The notes under the pieces were generated by a model. It saw only the letters and a program-made list of their open reading frames with translations, was not told the DNA's origin and did no database searches. A stretch of 64,000 nt of DNA from Scenedesmus sp. PABB004 (Eukaryota): positions 186,001-250,000 of the forward strand of contig JABVCE010000032.1 of assembly GCA_014905635.1 (NCBI GenBank), given 5' to 3'. Position numbers and translations under genes: made by a program. Shown here one piece after another: positions 46,083-57,500 of this stretch (positions are counted from its first letter, which is position 1; the number at the start of each line of letters is the position of its first letter).

Positions 46083-46089
46083 CCAACCG

Positions 46090-46560
46090 CTGGAGCTGCA
46101 GCTCGTGCAGGCCAGGAGCACAGCGAGCCGCCACGAGCACCTGGCCCAGGAGGCGGACGCGAGCCTAGCGGAGGCGCACGCGGCGCTGGCGGCGGCGGAG
46201 CAGCTGACGGCGGCCAAGGCCCGCCTGCTGCGCGCCGCGCGGCCGCCGCCGGCGGAGCGCGCCAGCAGCACGGCGTCTGCTGACAGAGCGTCCGCGGCAG
46301 AGGAGCTGGCACAGGAGCGCGCCGCGCTGCAGGCGCAGCTGCGAGCGCTGCAGGTGCGGCCGCCGCTCGGCGCGAGCGTGGCCCCGGCGCCTGCTCCGCA
46401 GCTCAGCCGCCGCACGCGCGTGTGCAGAACGAACACACAGCCTTCCGTGCCACGAGCGAGGCGGTGCTGGAGGCCAAGAACGGCGAGCTGCTCAGCGCAG
46501 TGCGCCAGAACGCGGCGCTGCGCGAGGAGGCGGCAGCCTGCGCTGGCGCTGTTTGGCTGT
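46090..46560 (+). pseudogene. 3' fragment of a GC-rich coiled-coil protein gene with no 5' end
   Basis: LELQLVQA...LAQERAALQAQLRALQ followed by an intron and a further exon; starts directly after the DUF5672 stop. Confidence 0.4.
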
Positions 46561-46751
46561 GAGTGTTGGATGTGCGGGAGCGGCCGCAGTGGACCGGCTG
46601 TTTGCCCCTGCCTGGATGCGGCAGCTCGTCCGCGACCTCGCGTCCCTGCCGTGACGCGCGGCGGCGCGCTGGGGCCGGGTGTCGCTGGCCGCGATGGGCG
46701 GCTGTGGCGGCTCGGCACGTAACGCTTGCCCTCCCATCCGCCGGCGCCGCT

Positions 46752-48110
46752 CTAAAACCGCTGCTGCTGCGCCGCCACGGGACCGTCGGCACCGCCAGCG
46801 CCACCGCCAGCGCCGCTGCCGCCCGACGGCGGGCCTGACGCCGCGCGCGCCAGGACCGCGCCCGCCTGCTGCAGCGCCGCCAGCTGCTGCTGCAGCGCCC
46901 CCTGCTGCTGCGCCTGCATGGCCGCAGCCGCCTGTTGCTGCTGCTGCTGCTGCTGCTGCAGCGCCGCCACCTGCGACGCCGTCGCCGCCCTGACCTGGCT
47001 CAGGAACGCCGCCACCTGCTGCACCTGGCCCGCCTGCGCCATCTGCTGCAGCTGCTGCTGCACCTGCGGCGGCAGCGACACGAGCGCCGCGGCCTGCTGC
47101 GACGCTGCCAGCGCATGCTGCTGCGCCGCGAGCTGCTGCGCCTGCTGCGCCTGCTGCATCTGCGCCTGGTGCACCGCGGCCGCGGCAGCACCGCCCTGCT
47201 GCCCCGCCAGCGACAGGCCCATCAGGCCGGCGGGCAGCCCGTGCAGGCCGGCCAGGCCGGCGTGAGGGGGCGCCGAGGCGGCGGGCGCCACTGGCCCCAG
47301 CAGCACGCCCGGCGGCGCCACGCTGGGCAGCCCCCCGCCCCCAGGTCCCGTGCCCTGCCTGTGCGTGGCGGCAGCTGTGGCGGCGGCGGCGGCCTGCGCG
47401 CCGAGCAGCTCCTGCAGCTGCGCGGGGCTGATGCCGGCGAGGCCGCCAAACTGCAGCAGCTGGGGCTGCTGCAGGCCCCCGCTGGGGCCTTGCGCTGTGC
47501 TAGCGCCGGCGGCGGCGCCCGGCTGCAGCCCGCCCGCGCCGCCCACGCCGCGCGCGCCGGGCGCCGTGGGCGGCCCGCCGGCCGGCGCGCCGCGGCCGAC
47601 CGCCAGGAGGGCCCCGCCCTCCCTGCCAAAGCCGCGGCCGGGCCCCGGGCCGCGCGGGCCAGGCGGCGGCGCGGGCTGGCGCTGGCGCTTGAAGTCGTCG
47701 CCGTATTCAAAGTCCTGGTCGGGCGCGAGCGCCGCGCGCAGCGCCGCGGCGTTGCTGTCGTGGTAGCTGGCGGCGCGCCCCGCGCCGCCGGCATCGCCGC
47801 CGTCCGCCACCGCGGGGGCGGGCCGCCCGGCGCACCGCCGCCGCCCTCTGGCTCGGCGGGCGCGCCGCCGTCCGTGCTGCCGCGCCGGCTGCTCCGGCCG
47901 CTGCCGGCGGGCGCAGGCGGCGGGACGTCCTTGCGCCACGTGGGCGCGTCGCTGGCGCGGCCCGGCGGGCCGAAGCTGCTGCTGGGCGCGCAGCCGCCAC
48001 CCGCGCCGCCTCCGTCGCCCAGGCTGTCGGCGCGCCGCGGCGGCGGCGGCGGGGGCGGCGGTGGTGGCGGCGGCTGGCCGCCGTAGTTTGGGCCGCAACC
48101 AGCGCCGCCG

Positions 48111-48153
<43 letters not shown>

Positions 48154-49247
48154 TGCGGCGCAGTGTGTCGAGGTTGGCAGGGCGGTAGGGCTCGCCCCGC
48201 CGCACAAGGGCCAGCAGCTCCGCGAGCGGCTGGTAAAGGCTGCGGCCGGGCGGGATCTGCGGCGCACGGCGCGGCGCGGCGCAGCACGGTCGGCGCTCAG
48301 CGAGCGAGGGCGGCGCGCTGGCGTGCAGGCGCGCCGGCCGGCGGCCATGCGGAGGCGCTGGTGCGCGCTCACCCCTAGCTTGGGCTCCGCGCCGCACATC
48401 CTGGTGTCCTCTGCGAGCATGCCGCTGGCCACCCAGCCCACCATCTCGCGCGCGGCAAAGGGGCCCTGCCCAGTGAAAGTGTCAGCACGCGAAGGGACTG
48501 CCGGGAGCGCAGCCTGCCGCGCGCGCACACCTGCACGCTGTCGCTGCGGTCAACGTAGTACCACACCGGCTCCGCGCCGCGGGCGTCGCCGATGAACAGC
48601 GCCGCCAGCTCGCCGTCGGGGCCGACGCCGTCGACACCGCAGGACGCGGCCCGCCGCGGTGGCGGCGGCGGCGGCGGAGGCGGATGCACGCCCGGCCCGG
48701 CGCTGGCGCCTGGGCCGCGCGCCGGGGCGTCCTCCGCGGTGGGCGCGCCGTCGTCCGATGTCTCCTCGAGGGCCTTGACCAGGCCGCCCGCCGCGAACCA
48801 GGGGCTGCGGCAGCGCACCTGCGGCGTGAGCAGCGCGGTGTCAGCAGCGCGGCGTCAGCATGCGCGGCATGCGAGGCGCGCTGCACCAGACTGCCAGGCG
48901 CTGCTGCGCCGCGCTCCGCCGGTGCGCCGCACTCCGCCAACCTGCACGTCGTCCGAGAAGTGGCCCTTGCGGTGCCAGGTCGCGATCTTGGCCGCCGTGA
49001 CGGGGCCGTGCTCCTCGCCGGCGGGGTCGACGTAGAACCACTCGCAGGCCCGCGCAAACGCCGCCGCGCTGCCCGCCAGCGGCGGCGAGCGAGAAAAGCC
49101 GAGCGGCTGGTCATCGCCCTGGCTCGCCGCAGGGCCCGGCAGGCTTGGGTGGGAGGTCAGCGAGCCGCCGCGCTCCAGGGGGTCTGGCGCCGCCTTGCCG
49201 CGCGCGCCGCGCTTGACCACAAACCCAGGCGGCGGCGCCGCCTCCAT
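46752..49247 (-). CDS. Protein with two GYF domains and a Q-rich C-terminus
   Basis: EWFYVDPAGEEHGPVTAAKIATWHRKGHF; VWYYVDRSDSVQ|GPFAAREMVGWVASGML; exon boundaries partly uncertain. Confidence 0.7.
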
Positions 49248-49782
49248 GGCGTGCTGCCTGCCCGGTCTCAGCTGCGGGCGGAGGACCACGCGGGCGGCCC
49301 GGCAGGCGCAGGATCAGCGGCGCGGCGGGCGCAGCGGCGGCGGCGGCAGCGCGCTGCGCCCTGGCGCCCCTGCCGCAGCGACGCGCGCAGAGCTTGCCAC
49401 GCGGGCCGTGCGCTGGCCAGGCGGCGGCCGGAGCTTGCGCAGAGCAGGCCGCGCTGATCGCGCCCGCCCGCAGCACGCCGCTGGCGGCCCCCGCGAGGCG
49501 GCTCCCCACTCAACACCGCCGGCAGCGCACGTGGAGCCGCAGAGAGCGGCTTGCAGGGAAGGCGCGCGCTGCTGTGGCCGCCGCCTGCAGCAGCGCGCTC
49601 GGCGCCGGTGCCCGGCAGCGGCCTAATGAACGGCGAGCACGCTGCTCTCAGCCGTGCGCCAACCGCTGCTGCGTGCCGCCTGCACGAAACAAGGCGCCGC
49701 CGTCGCGTGCGGTTCACCGCTCGCAAGCCCCGCCCGCGGTCGCCGCTGGCCTCTTGCCCATCGCCACCCCCCCCTCCACTCC

Positions 49783-50051
49783 TCACTCCTCGATGATGCG
49801 GCTGAGCGCGGTGATGAGCGTCTTGAGGTTGCGCTGCACGCCCGTGTCGCGGCTGAACACGCTCACGTCGGCGCTGATGCTCTCCACGTGCTCCAGCGTC
49901 TTGCACAGCGTCAGCACCGCGGCGCGCAGCGCGCGCACGTTGTCGTCGGTTAGCACCGCGCTCTGCAGCGCCTGGATGTCGGCCGCGGCGCCCGCCGCCG
50001 CCTCGGTGAGGTGGTCCAGGTTGGCGACCAGCCCGCCCGCGCGCAGCTCCT

Positions 50052-50082
<31 letters not shown>

Positions 50083-51602
50083 GGGGAGACAGGCGAGCGC
50101 TCACGGCGTGCTGTGCAGGCGGCAGCGGCCAGGCGGCGAGCGCCCAGCGCACGCCTCGCCCCCCCCCCCCCCCCTCCCTCAACCGCACCTGCAGCAGGGG
50201 CGTGACCTCCTTGGTGAGCTGCGCCGCCTCCTCCAGCAGCGGCGCGGCCTCCTCCAGCGCCGCCTTGGCGGCCTGCGCAGCCTCAAAGAATTTGTCGACG
50301 CCCTCCTGCGGGGGCGTCATGTGGGCGGCACATCAGACGCGCAGCCTGCCGTGCGCCGCCCCAGCCTCCTCCACCCAGCCGCGCCGCGCCCCGCACCTCC
50401 TCCATCTGGCGCGCCATGCGCGTCATCACGTACACCATGTCGTCCAGCGCCACGCCCTGCTGCCCCCGGATGTGCCCCGCCGCGCACACAATCGCGCCCT
50501 CCGCCTCGCACGCGGCCGCCTCCAGCGGCGACGCACTGTGGCGCGGCGGCGTGCGCGGCGCGGCGGTCGCGCGCGTGGCGGCGCGGGCGCACGGCCGGCG
50601 GCTGGCGCGGCGCGGCACTCACGTGAAGGTGGGCAGCGGCAGCTGGGGCGTGATGTCGACGAGCGGCTCCGCGATGAGGCCGCTCTGGTTGGCCTCGACC
50701 ACGCTGTTGCGCGGGATGACGCTCGACGCGTCGTTCACCTGCGCGGGCGCGGGGCGCGCAGGTGCCGACACCGCGTGGCGGCGGACGCTTCGCGGCGCTG
50801 GGGCGAGGGAGGCAGCGCGCCGCCCTGCAGCCGAGCGCACCTCGACGAGCACGTCGACCTTGTCGAGGCTGGGCTTCACGCTCAGCACGCTGCCCACTGC
50901 GACGCCGCGGATGCGCACCTGCTGGGCGCAGGCACGGGCAAGCGGTGGGGGCCAGATCGGCTGCTGAGCCAGCGACAGGCGCCGACTCAGCTCGCATGCG
51001 CCACTGCCGCGGCGCACCGGAGTGCCCACGGTGATGCCGCAGGCGAGCGGGAACTCGATCGTCGCCGTGTACGGCCGGCCCTTGCGCAGCGCGGTGCCCT
51101 TGGCCCACGCCAGCAGCGCCACGCCCAGCAGGCCGCCGGCGAGCGTGAAGAGGCCGAGCCCCCCCTCCGCCATGCTCGACCGGCCCAGCCCAAAGTCGCG
51201 CAGCGACCTGTGGGCGCGGCAGTCGGGCGCGGGGCGCGGCGCCAGGGCACAGCGCCGCGTGCGGCGGCGGCGGCGGCGGCGTTTGGGCCGCAGGCGCCGC
51301 ACGGCCATGCGAGCGTCGCGCGCGTCCCGTGCCGCCGCTCACTTGTAGAGGCTGCCCAGGAAGCCGCCCTGCCCCGCCGACGACGGCGCCGCCAGAGCGT
51401 CGTCGCCCGGCCCGCCGCCGCCGCCTGCTGCTGCCAGGCGGAGCTGCCTGGTGGGGCTGCTGCCGCCGGGGCTGCCGCGACCTGGACGGCCGCCGCCGCG
51501 CAGCAGCGCCGCCGGCAGCAGCGGCCGGCGAGCGGCGGCTGCGGCTGGCTGCAGCGGGCGAGCGCGGCGCGGCGCTGTCAGCGCGCCGCAGCTGCTGCGC
51601 AT
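49783..51602 (-). CDS. TGD2: TGD2 (MlaD/MCE-domain plastid lipid transport protein), intact, 6 exons
   Basis: SLRDFGLGRSSMAEGGLGLF, EFPLACGITVGTPVRIRGVAVG, IPRNSVVEANQSGLI. Confidence 0.9.
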
Positions 51603-51978
51603 AGTGACGGGGAGCAGCTGCGTCCAGGCAGCCTGCGCGGCCGGTGCTGCTGCTCCCTCTGCTGCGAGCTGGCCAACGCCGGAGATCGCTCGCGCTTTGG
51701 CCCTGGATGGTCAGCGGCCAACGAGCGAGCAGCGGGCTGTGGCAGCCAGAGGCCTGCGCCGCAGCCCGCCGGCCGCAGGCCGCGGTGCGCGACGCCGCGT
51801 TTTTGGCACTGCGCCGCCGGCATGTCCGATCTTGCCCCCCACTCAGCTCAGCTTGGGTGTGCGCGCCCTCATCACGCCACCGCCGGGCCTCACAGCGCTG
51901 CGGCAGCCGCCAACCGCCGCTGCTGCAGCCGCCTCGCGGCGGAGCACGCATCTAGCCAGCCCGTTGCTGGCGCGCTGC

Positions 51979-53321
51979 ATGCGCCTGGCGGTGTCGGGGG
52001 CGCTGCTGGCTCGGCGGGGCGCTGGCCTGGCGGCACGCGGCGCCTGGAGCAGCAGCGGCAGCAGCGCCCGCGGCGGTCGCGCGGCAGCCTCGGCGCGCTG
52101 CTCGCCCGGCGGCCCAGGTGCGGCGCGCGGGCTGTGCCTGGAGAGGCTGCGCGGCCGGCGGCTGGCTTGCGCGTCGCCACCAACGCATGCGCCGCACGCT
52201 GCCCGCCTCTGCCGCCGCCCGCTACCCCCAGGCAGCGCGGAGCCGCCGGCGCAGCCCACGCAGCAGCAGCACGCAGCGCCCGACAACGGCCGCCAGCTGC
52301 ACCCGCAGCCGGCGCTGCAGGTCGCGCCGATGCAGCAGTACGAGCTCGTGTCGGAGGCGCCGCTGCACAGCCGCTACCTGACCGTGTACGACCGCCGCGT
52401 GCGCTTCTGCGCGCCCGGCAACCCCGCCGAGGTGTGCGGAGCGGCGCAGGGGGCCACAGCCAGGCGCGCACATGCGTGGTGCTGACCGCAGCCCGCGGCC
52501 GCCGTGCCACCTCTCGCGGTCGACAGTGCCGCGTGCTCGACTTTGACGTCGTCGGCCACCCGCGCGCCAACTTCTGCTTCGCGGTCACCTTTCCCTTCCA
52601 CCCCTACAAGGACGGCCGCAGGGGCGGCGAGGTGCGGCGGTGGCCGCGCTGCGCGGGGCGCGCAGGCGACAAGAGGGGCGCCGCCTCTGCGGCTCACGCC
52701 CCGCGCCTGCCCGCCGGGCCGCCAGGTGACGCTCATCCGCGAGTACGCGCAGGGCCCGCACGCGCTGGCTTACTGCCTGCCCACGGGCGGGCTGGACCCG
52801 GGGCGCCACGCGGACGTCGCCGAGTGCGCCGCGCGCGAGCTGAGCGAGGAGGTGCGCGGCGGGCGGGCGCGCGGGGGCAGCGGCGGCTCTTTGGTGCTTG
52901 TCCGAGGCTGGCCGTGTGCCGCCACCTCGCGCCTGCCTCTACCTGCGCAGGCCTGGCTGGCGGGCGGCCAGTGGCACCGTCTGCTGGCGCCGGAGCACCC
53001 GGGGCTGCCCGAGGTCAAGTGGTGCATGAACCGCTTCGTGCCGTTCCTGGTGGTCGACCCGGACACCGACCCCCAGCCGGGCAGCCGGGACGCGGAGGAG
53101 GCGAGCATGGAGGCGCGTGCAGATGCTGCCGGGCGCTGCAGTCGGGTGCCGCCGCGCCCGCGCACCGCCGCCGCCCGCCCGCTCGCCTGCCGCAGGTGCT
53201 GCGGCTGCCGCTGGACGAGTTTCGGCGGCTGATGGTGTCGGGCGAGATGCTGCTGCCCTCCATCACCACCGCCTACATGGCGCTCGACAGGCTGCGCGAG
53301 CTGGGCCTGCTGGACGACTAG
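51979..53321 (+). CDS. Nudix hydrolase with organellar targeting peptide, intact
   Basis: Nudix box LPTGGLDPGRHADVAECAARELSEEA; six exons splice in frame. Confidence 0.85.
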
Positions 53322-53357
53322 CGGGCGATCAGGGCGGCCCAGGATGTGCAGCAGGTG

Positions 53358-53362
53358 TGTAA
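53358..53362 (+). terminator. Chlorophyte polyadenylation signal TGTAA
   Basis: 37 bp after the Nudix stop; conserved in the duplicate near 15653. Confidence 0.5.
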
Positions 53363-53546
53363 CCTTGTGGTCCCACCGGGCAGCACGCACTGAACCCTCG
53401 CCGCCAGCACCAGGCCTGCGCGAGCGCCGCGGCCGCCGCCAGCAGCAAGCCATGCCGGCGTTTGCGCTCAGCACCGCTGGGCCCCGCCAGCAACGCACGC
53501 GTGCGCGGCGCGCGCCAGTGCCCGAGCCACAGCGCCGCCGCCAGCT

Positions 53547-54341
53547 TCACTTGGCGGGCACGATGACCACGGGCCGCTTGCTGTGGTGCGTGCAGTACTG
53601 GCTCACGCTGCCGAGGAAGAACTCGGCGACGCGGCCCTTGTTGTGGCTGGCCATGACGATCGCCGCCGCGTCCAGCTCGTCTGCCTTTTTGCACAGCACG
53701 TGGCCCACGCTCTCGGTGTCGACCTCGGACTGCGCGCGGCGGCGGTGGCGGCGGTGGCGCTGTGAGGTGCTGCTGCGAGCAGAGCGCGGTCGTGCGCAGC
53801 GCCTGACGCTGCGCGCCCGCTGCCCTCACCTTGACGATGTGCACGACCGGCGCCCTGATCGCCGGCGGCAGCGCGCGCACGAAGCGGTCGATGATGAACT
53901 GCTCCGCGCGCTGCACACGCGGCAAGGGCAGAGGGGGCGACGGCGCCAGGGCGCTGGTCAGCGCGCCCGCAGCGCGGTGGCAAGCGCCCAGCGAGGGAGC
54001 GCGCGCGCGCACCTGCACCGCGGACTCGTACGCGCTGCTCTCCGCTGCGGGCACAAAGTCCACCGGCGGCACGCCGTACTGCGGCCGGCGCGTGCCGCGG
54101 CGTGAGAGGCAGGGCAGGAGAGGGGCGGCGGCGCTGACGCACTGCCGCGACTCGGCCGCCGCACCTGCGCCGCGAACGCGAGGCGCGGCACCACGTGCAC
54201 GAGGTGCAGCTGGTCGCCGGCGCGGTGCAGCTGCTCCAGCGCCCAGGCGAACGCGCGGGCGCTGTCGTCGCTGTCGTCGACCGCGATGAGCAGCACGCGC
54301 TGCTGCTGCTGCTCCGCGGGCGGCGGTGCGAGCTCAGCCAT
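53547..54341 (-). CDS. Universal stress protein A-like
   Basis: Same USP motifs as 39964-40766; four exons. Confidence 0.85.
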
Positions 54342-54569
54342 CGCCTCGCAGCTCAGCGCAGTGCTGCTGAGCGGGCGTGGCTCGCGCGGCGCGCGGACCA
54401 GGGGTGGTGGCGTTCGTGCGCGCCGCCGCCGCTGCCGATCGCTGTGCGGCTGGCGAGGGCGGCGGCGTCGGGAAGCGAGCGGGAGGGCGGCCGTTGCACC
54501 ACGGCTTTCTGGACGACCGGCCGGCAACTCACAAGCACCCCTCCAACCGCGCGGGGCTTTGCGAGCCCG

Positions 54570-57500
54570 TCACGACGCGCCGCCGCCCGCGCGCACGGGC
54601 GGCGGCGGCGCGGCGTCAAAGCGCTGCGGCGGGCGCGCGGCGTGCAGCCACGCCTGCTGCGGGCCGGCCGCGTGGTCGGGGCAGACAAACTCGTCGTCGC
54701 CCGCCACGCCCGCGCAGCCCGGGTGCATCGCCACGCCGCACCCCGGCGTCTCGCACAGCGCGACCTCGCCGCCGCCGCCGCAGGCGAGGCAGGGCAGCGC
54801 CCACTTGCCGTCCGGCGGCTCGTCCGCGTCGGCGTCGGCACCATCCCCGGCCACGTCCTCGCCTGGCAGGCCCAGCTTGGTGCGCTGGCGCGCCGACACC
54901 TTGCGCTTGGGCTCGGCGGCGTCGGCCTGCGCGCGCGTGGGTGCGGGCGGGCAAGGCATGTGGGCGCTGGCCGCGCTCGTGACTGCACCGACGAGGCCGC
55001 CGCCGGCGACAGCAAAGCCTACGCGCCTTGGCGCTGCGCGCCGCGGCCGCGCGCGCGGCGGCGCCCTTCTTGTCCTCCAGCAGCGCCTCCTCCCACGGCG
55101 CGGGGCCCAGCAGCAGCTCAGACTTGCGCGCCACCGCGGCGCCCCTGCGGGCGCCGTGGCGGGGGCGGGCGGTGCGTGAGGACGCCGCACTGTGCCGCAC
55201 ACAGCCCTCCCCCCCCCCCCGTCCCCGGGGGCTCGCGCGCGCCCCCACCTGTCCTCCGCGATCGCCGCCGCCACGCCGGTGCGGATGCGCGCGAGGGCGA
55301 GGTTGGACATCAGGCGCTGCGGGCGGCGGCGGGAGGGGGCGGTGAGGCCGGCGGCGCGCGCAGGCGGCGCAGGCCCGGCGGCGCAGGCGCGGCTCCGCTC
55401 ACGTGCGCGCGGTCGACGAGCGCCGCCGTCGCGTAGGCGGCGCCGCCGAGCGCGCCCGCGCTGCGCGCGCGCCGCAGGTCCTTGATCCACACCCCCAGCT
55501 CGCGGCTGCTGCGCCACAGCACCACGGGCGGCGGCGGCAGCGGCTCGCCCGCCTTTTCGGCGGCGCGCTTCTCAAGGTAGCGCTTCTCCGCCTCCACGTC
55601 TGCGGCGGCGGGGCGTGCACGCGTGCGCGGTTCAGGGCGTGCGGCACCCGGGCAGAGCGAGACGCCGCCGGCCGCCGCCGCGCCCCCCACGCCTGCACGC
55701 ACCCGAGTCGTCGAGCTCCTCCAGGGGCGCGACCATCTTGGCCACGTCCTCGCCCCCGCCGCCCGGTGTGCCCGCGCGGCCGGCGCCCGCCTTGCGCACG
55801 CGCGTGGCGCCCGAGAAGAGCGTGACGAGCGGGCCCCTGTGCGAGGGGTCAGGGTTGGCACTGTCGTCGTCGCCGCCGCCCTCGTCACCGCCGCCGGCGG
55901 CCGCCGCGCCGCCCTTCTTGGCGCCGCCGCCCTTCTTGCTGCCGCCGCCCTTGCCCTTGGACTTGCTGCCGCCCTTGCCGCCGCCGCCCTTGCCCTTGGC
56001 GCGGCTGCCACCGCGCCCGGCTGGCGCGGCGGGCGGCGCCGGCGCGCCCTTGGCAGCCCCGCCGCCGCCTTCCTCCCCGCCCTCGCCGCCGTCGGCGCCG
56101 TCGCCGCCGTCGCCGCCCTCGCCCGCGGCCGCCTTCTCGGCCGCGGCCGCGGCCGCGGCCGCCGCGGCCGCGGCCGCGGCCGCCGCGGCCGCCTCCTGCT
56201 GCTCCGCGAGCTCCGCCGCCGACACGGGCATCACAAACTCGGCCTCGTACGCGTCGGCCTCGCGCACCGCCTCGTCCAGCAGCTCCTCGGTCGCGCCGGG
56301 TGGGCGGCCGTCGCCGACGCGCGACAGTGCGGCCTCGAGCTCCTCCAGCACCTGGCCTGCGGGCGTGCGCGTGGCCGGGGGGGGGGGGACACCGTGGCGG
56401 ACGAGCGCGTCGTTGCCTGCTCAGCCCGCGCCGCAGCAGGCGGCGCAGGCGGCGCGCGCGACCGCGGCGCGGCGGCGCGGCGCGAGGCGCGCGCGCCGCT
56501 CGCTCACAGAGCTCGTCCACGCTCGTCTTGCCGCGCAGGCGGGCGCGCCAGTGCTTGACGGGCAGGTCGTAGATGCCCGCGCCCACGAGCGTGCTCACGA
56601 GCGCCTCCAGCTCGCTCAGGCACGCCGCCACCGCGGTCGCCTCCGCGCACGCCTGGGCGCGCAGGCGGGAGTGAGGAGGGGCGTGGGCATCAGTGGCGCT
56701 GCAGGCTCGGTGCGCTGGGAGGCTGCACGCGCAGCCGGCGCCGCGCGTCGCACCCGCACCTGCAGCTCCTCGCAGGACGGCGGCGGCGCGCGGGCGCGTC
56801 CTTCCAGCTGCTGCCCGCCGGCCGGCCCCCGCGCGGCCAGCCCGTCGCGTCCAGGGGCGCGCTGGCCGGCATGGCGGCCGCGGCGCGGCGCAGCCAGGCG
56901 GCGCGCTGCCGGCGGCCGCGCGGCACGGAGCGCACGTCGAGCGGCAGCTCCGGCGGGCGCAGGCAGCGGGTAAACTCGTCGCGGCGCCTGTGCAGCGCCT
57001 GGTGCAGCGCGCCCTCGCGTGAGCCGCGCTTGTTGAGCGCCGCCAGCAGCGCGTCGAGCTGCACGCGGCTGGTGATGAGGCCCAGCGAGTCGCCCCCGGC
57101 CGACTCGACAAAGATGACGGACGGGTCGGACTGCAAGCGCGCGGGGCGCGGTGGCGGCGGTAGGGGAAGGGGAGAGGGGCGTCAGAGCGCCCTCTCCTCC
57201 CCCCCGCTCGCCAGCCCCCGCGCCCACCTGCATGTGCCAGTAGCGCTGGTGGTGGCGGTCGGTGCCCAGCGGCTCGGAGCGAATCGCCTGCCGCGCCGCG
57301 TCGGCGGTGAGCGCCTCGGGGTCCTCCGCGCCGCGCCACGCGCTGCTGCCGCCGCCGCCGCCGCCGCCGTGCCAGCCGTCCGCGGCGCTCGACGGGTCGG
57401 GCGTGTCGTCGCGCGCGCTGAAGCCTGCGGGGGGGGGGGGGCACGGGCGCATGGGGCGGCCGGCTGCGCGCCCGCCGCACACACCCCGTGCGCCGGCAGG

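Noticed and set aside
33330..51602. Bacterial origin suggested by SecA, MlaD and USP domains
   Set aside because: All have spliceosomal introns, and SecA2 and TGD2 have transit-peptide-like N-termini; they are standard plant/algal nuclear genes
5103..51602. Galactolipid gene cluster (DGD1 plus TGD2)
   Set aside because: More than 40 kb apart with unrelated genes between; nothing beyond coincidence
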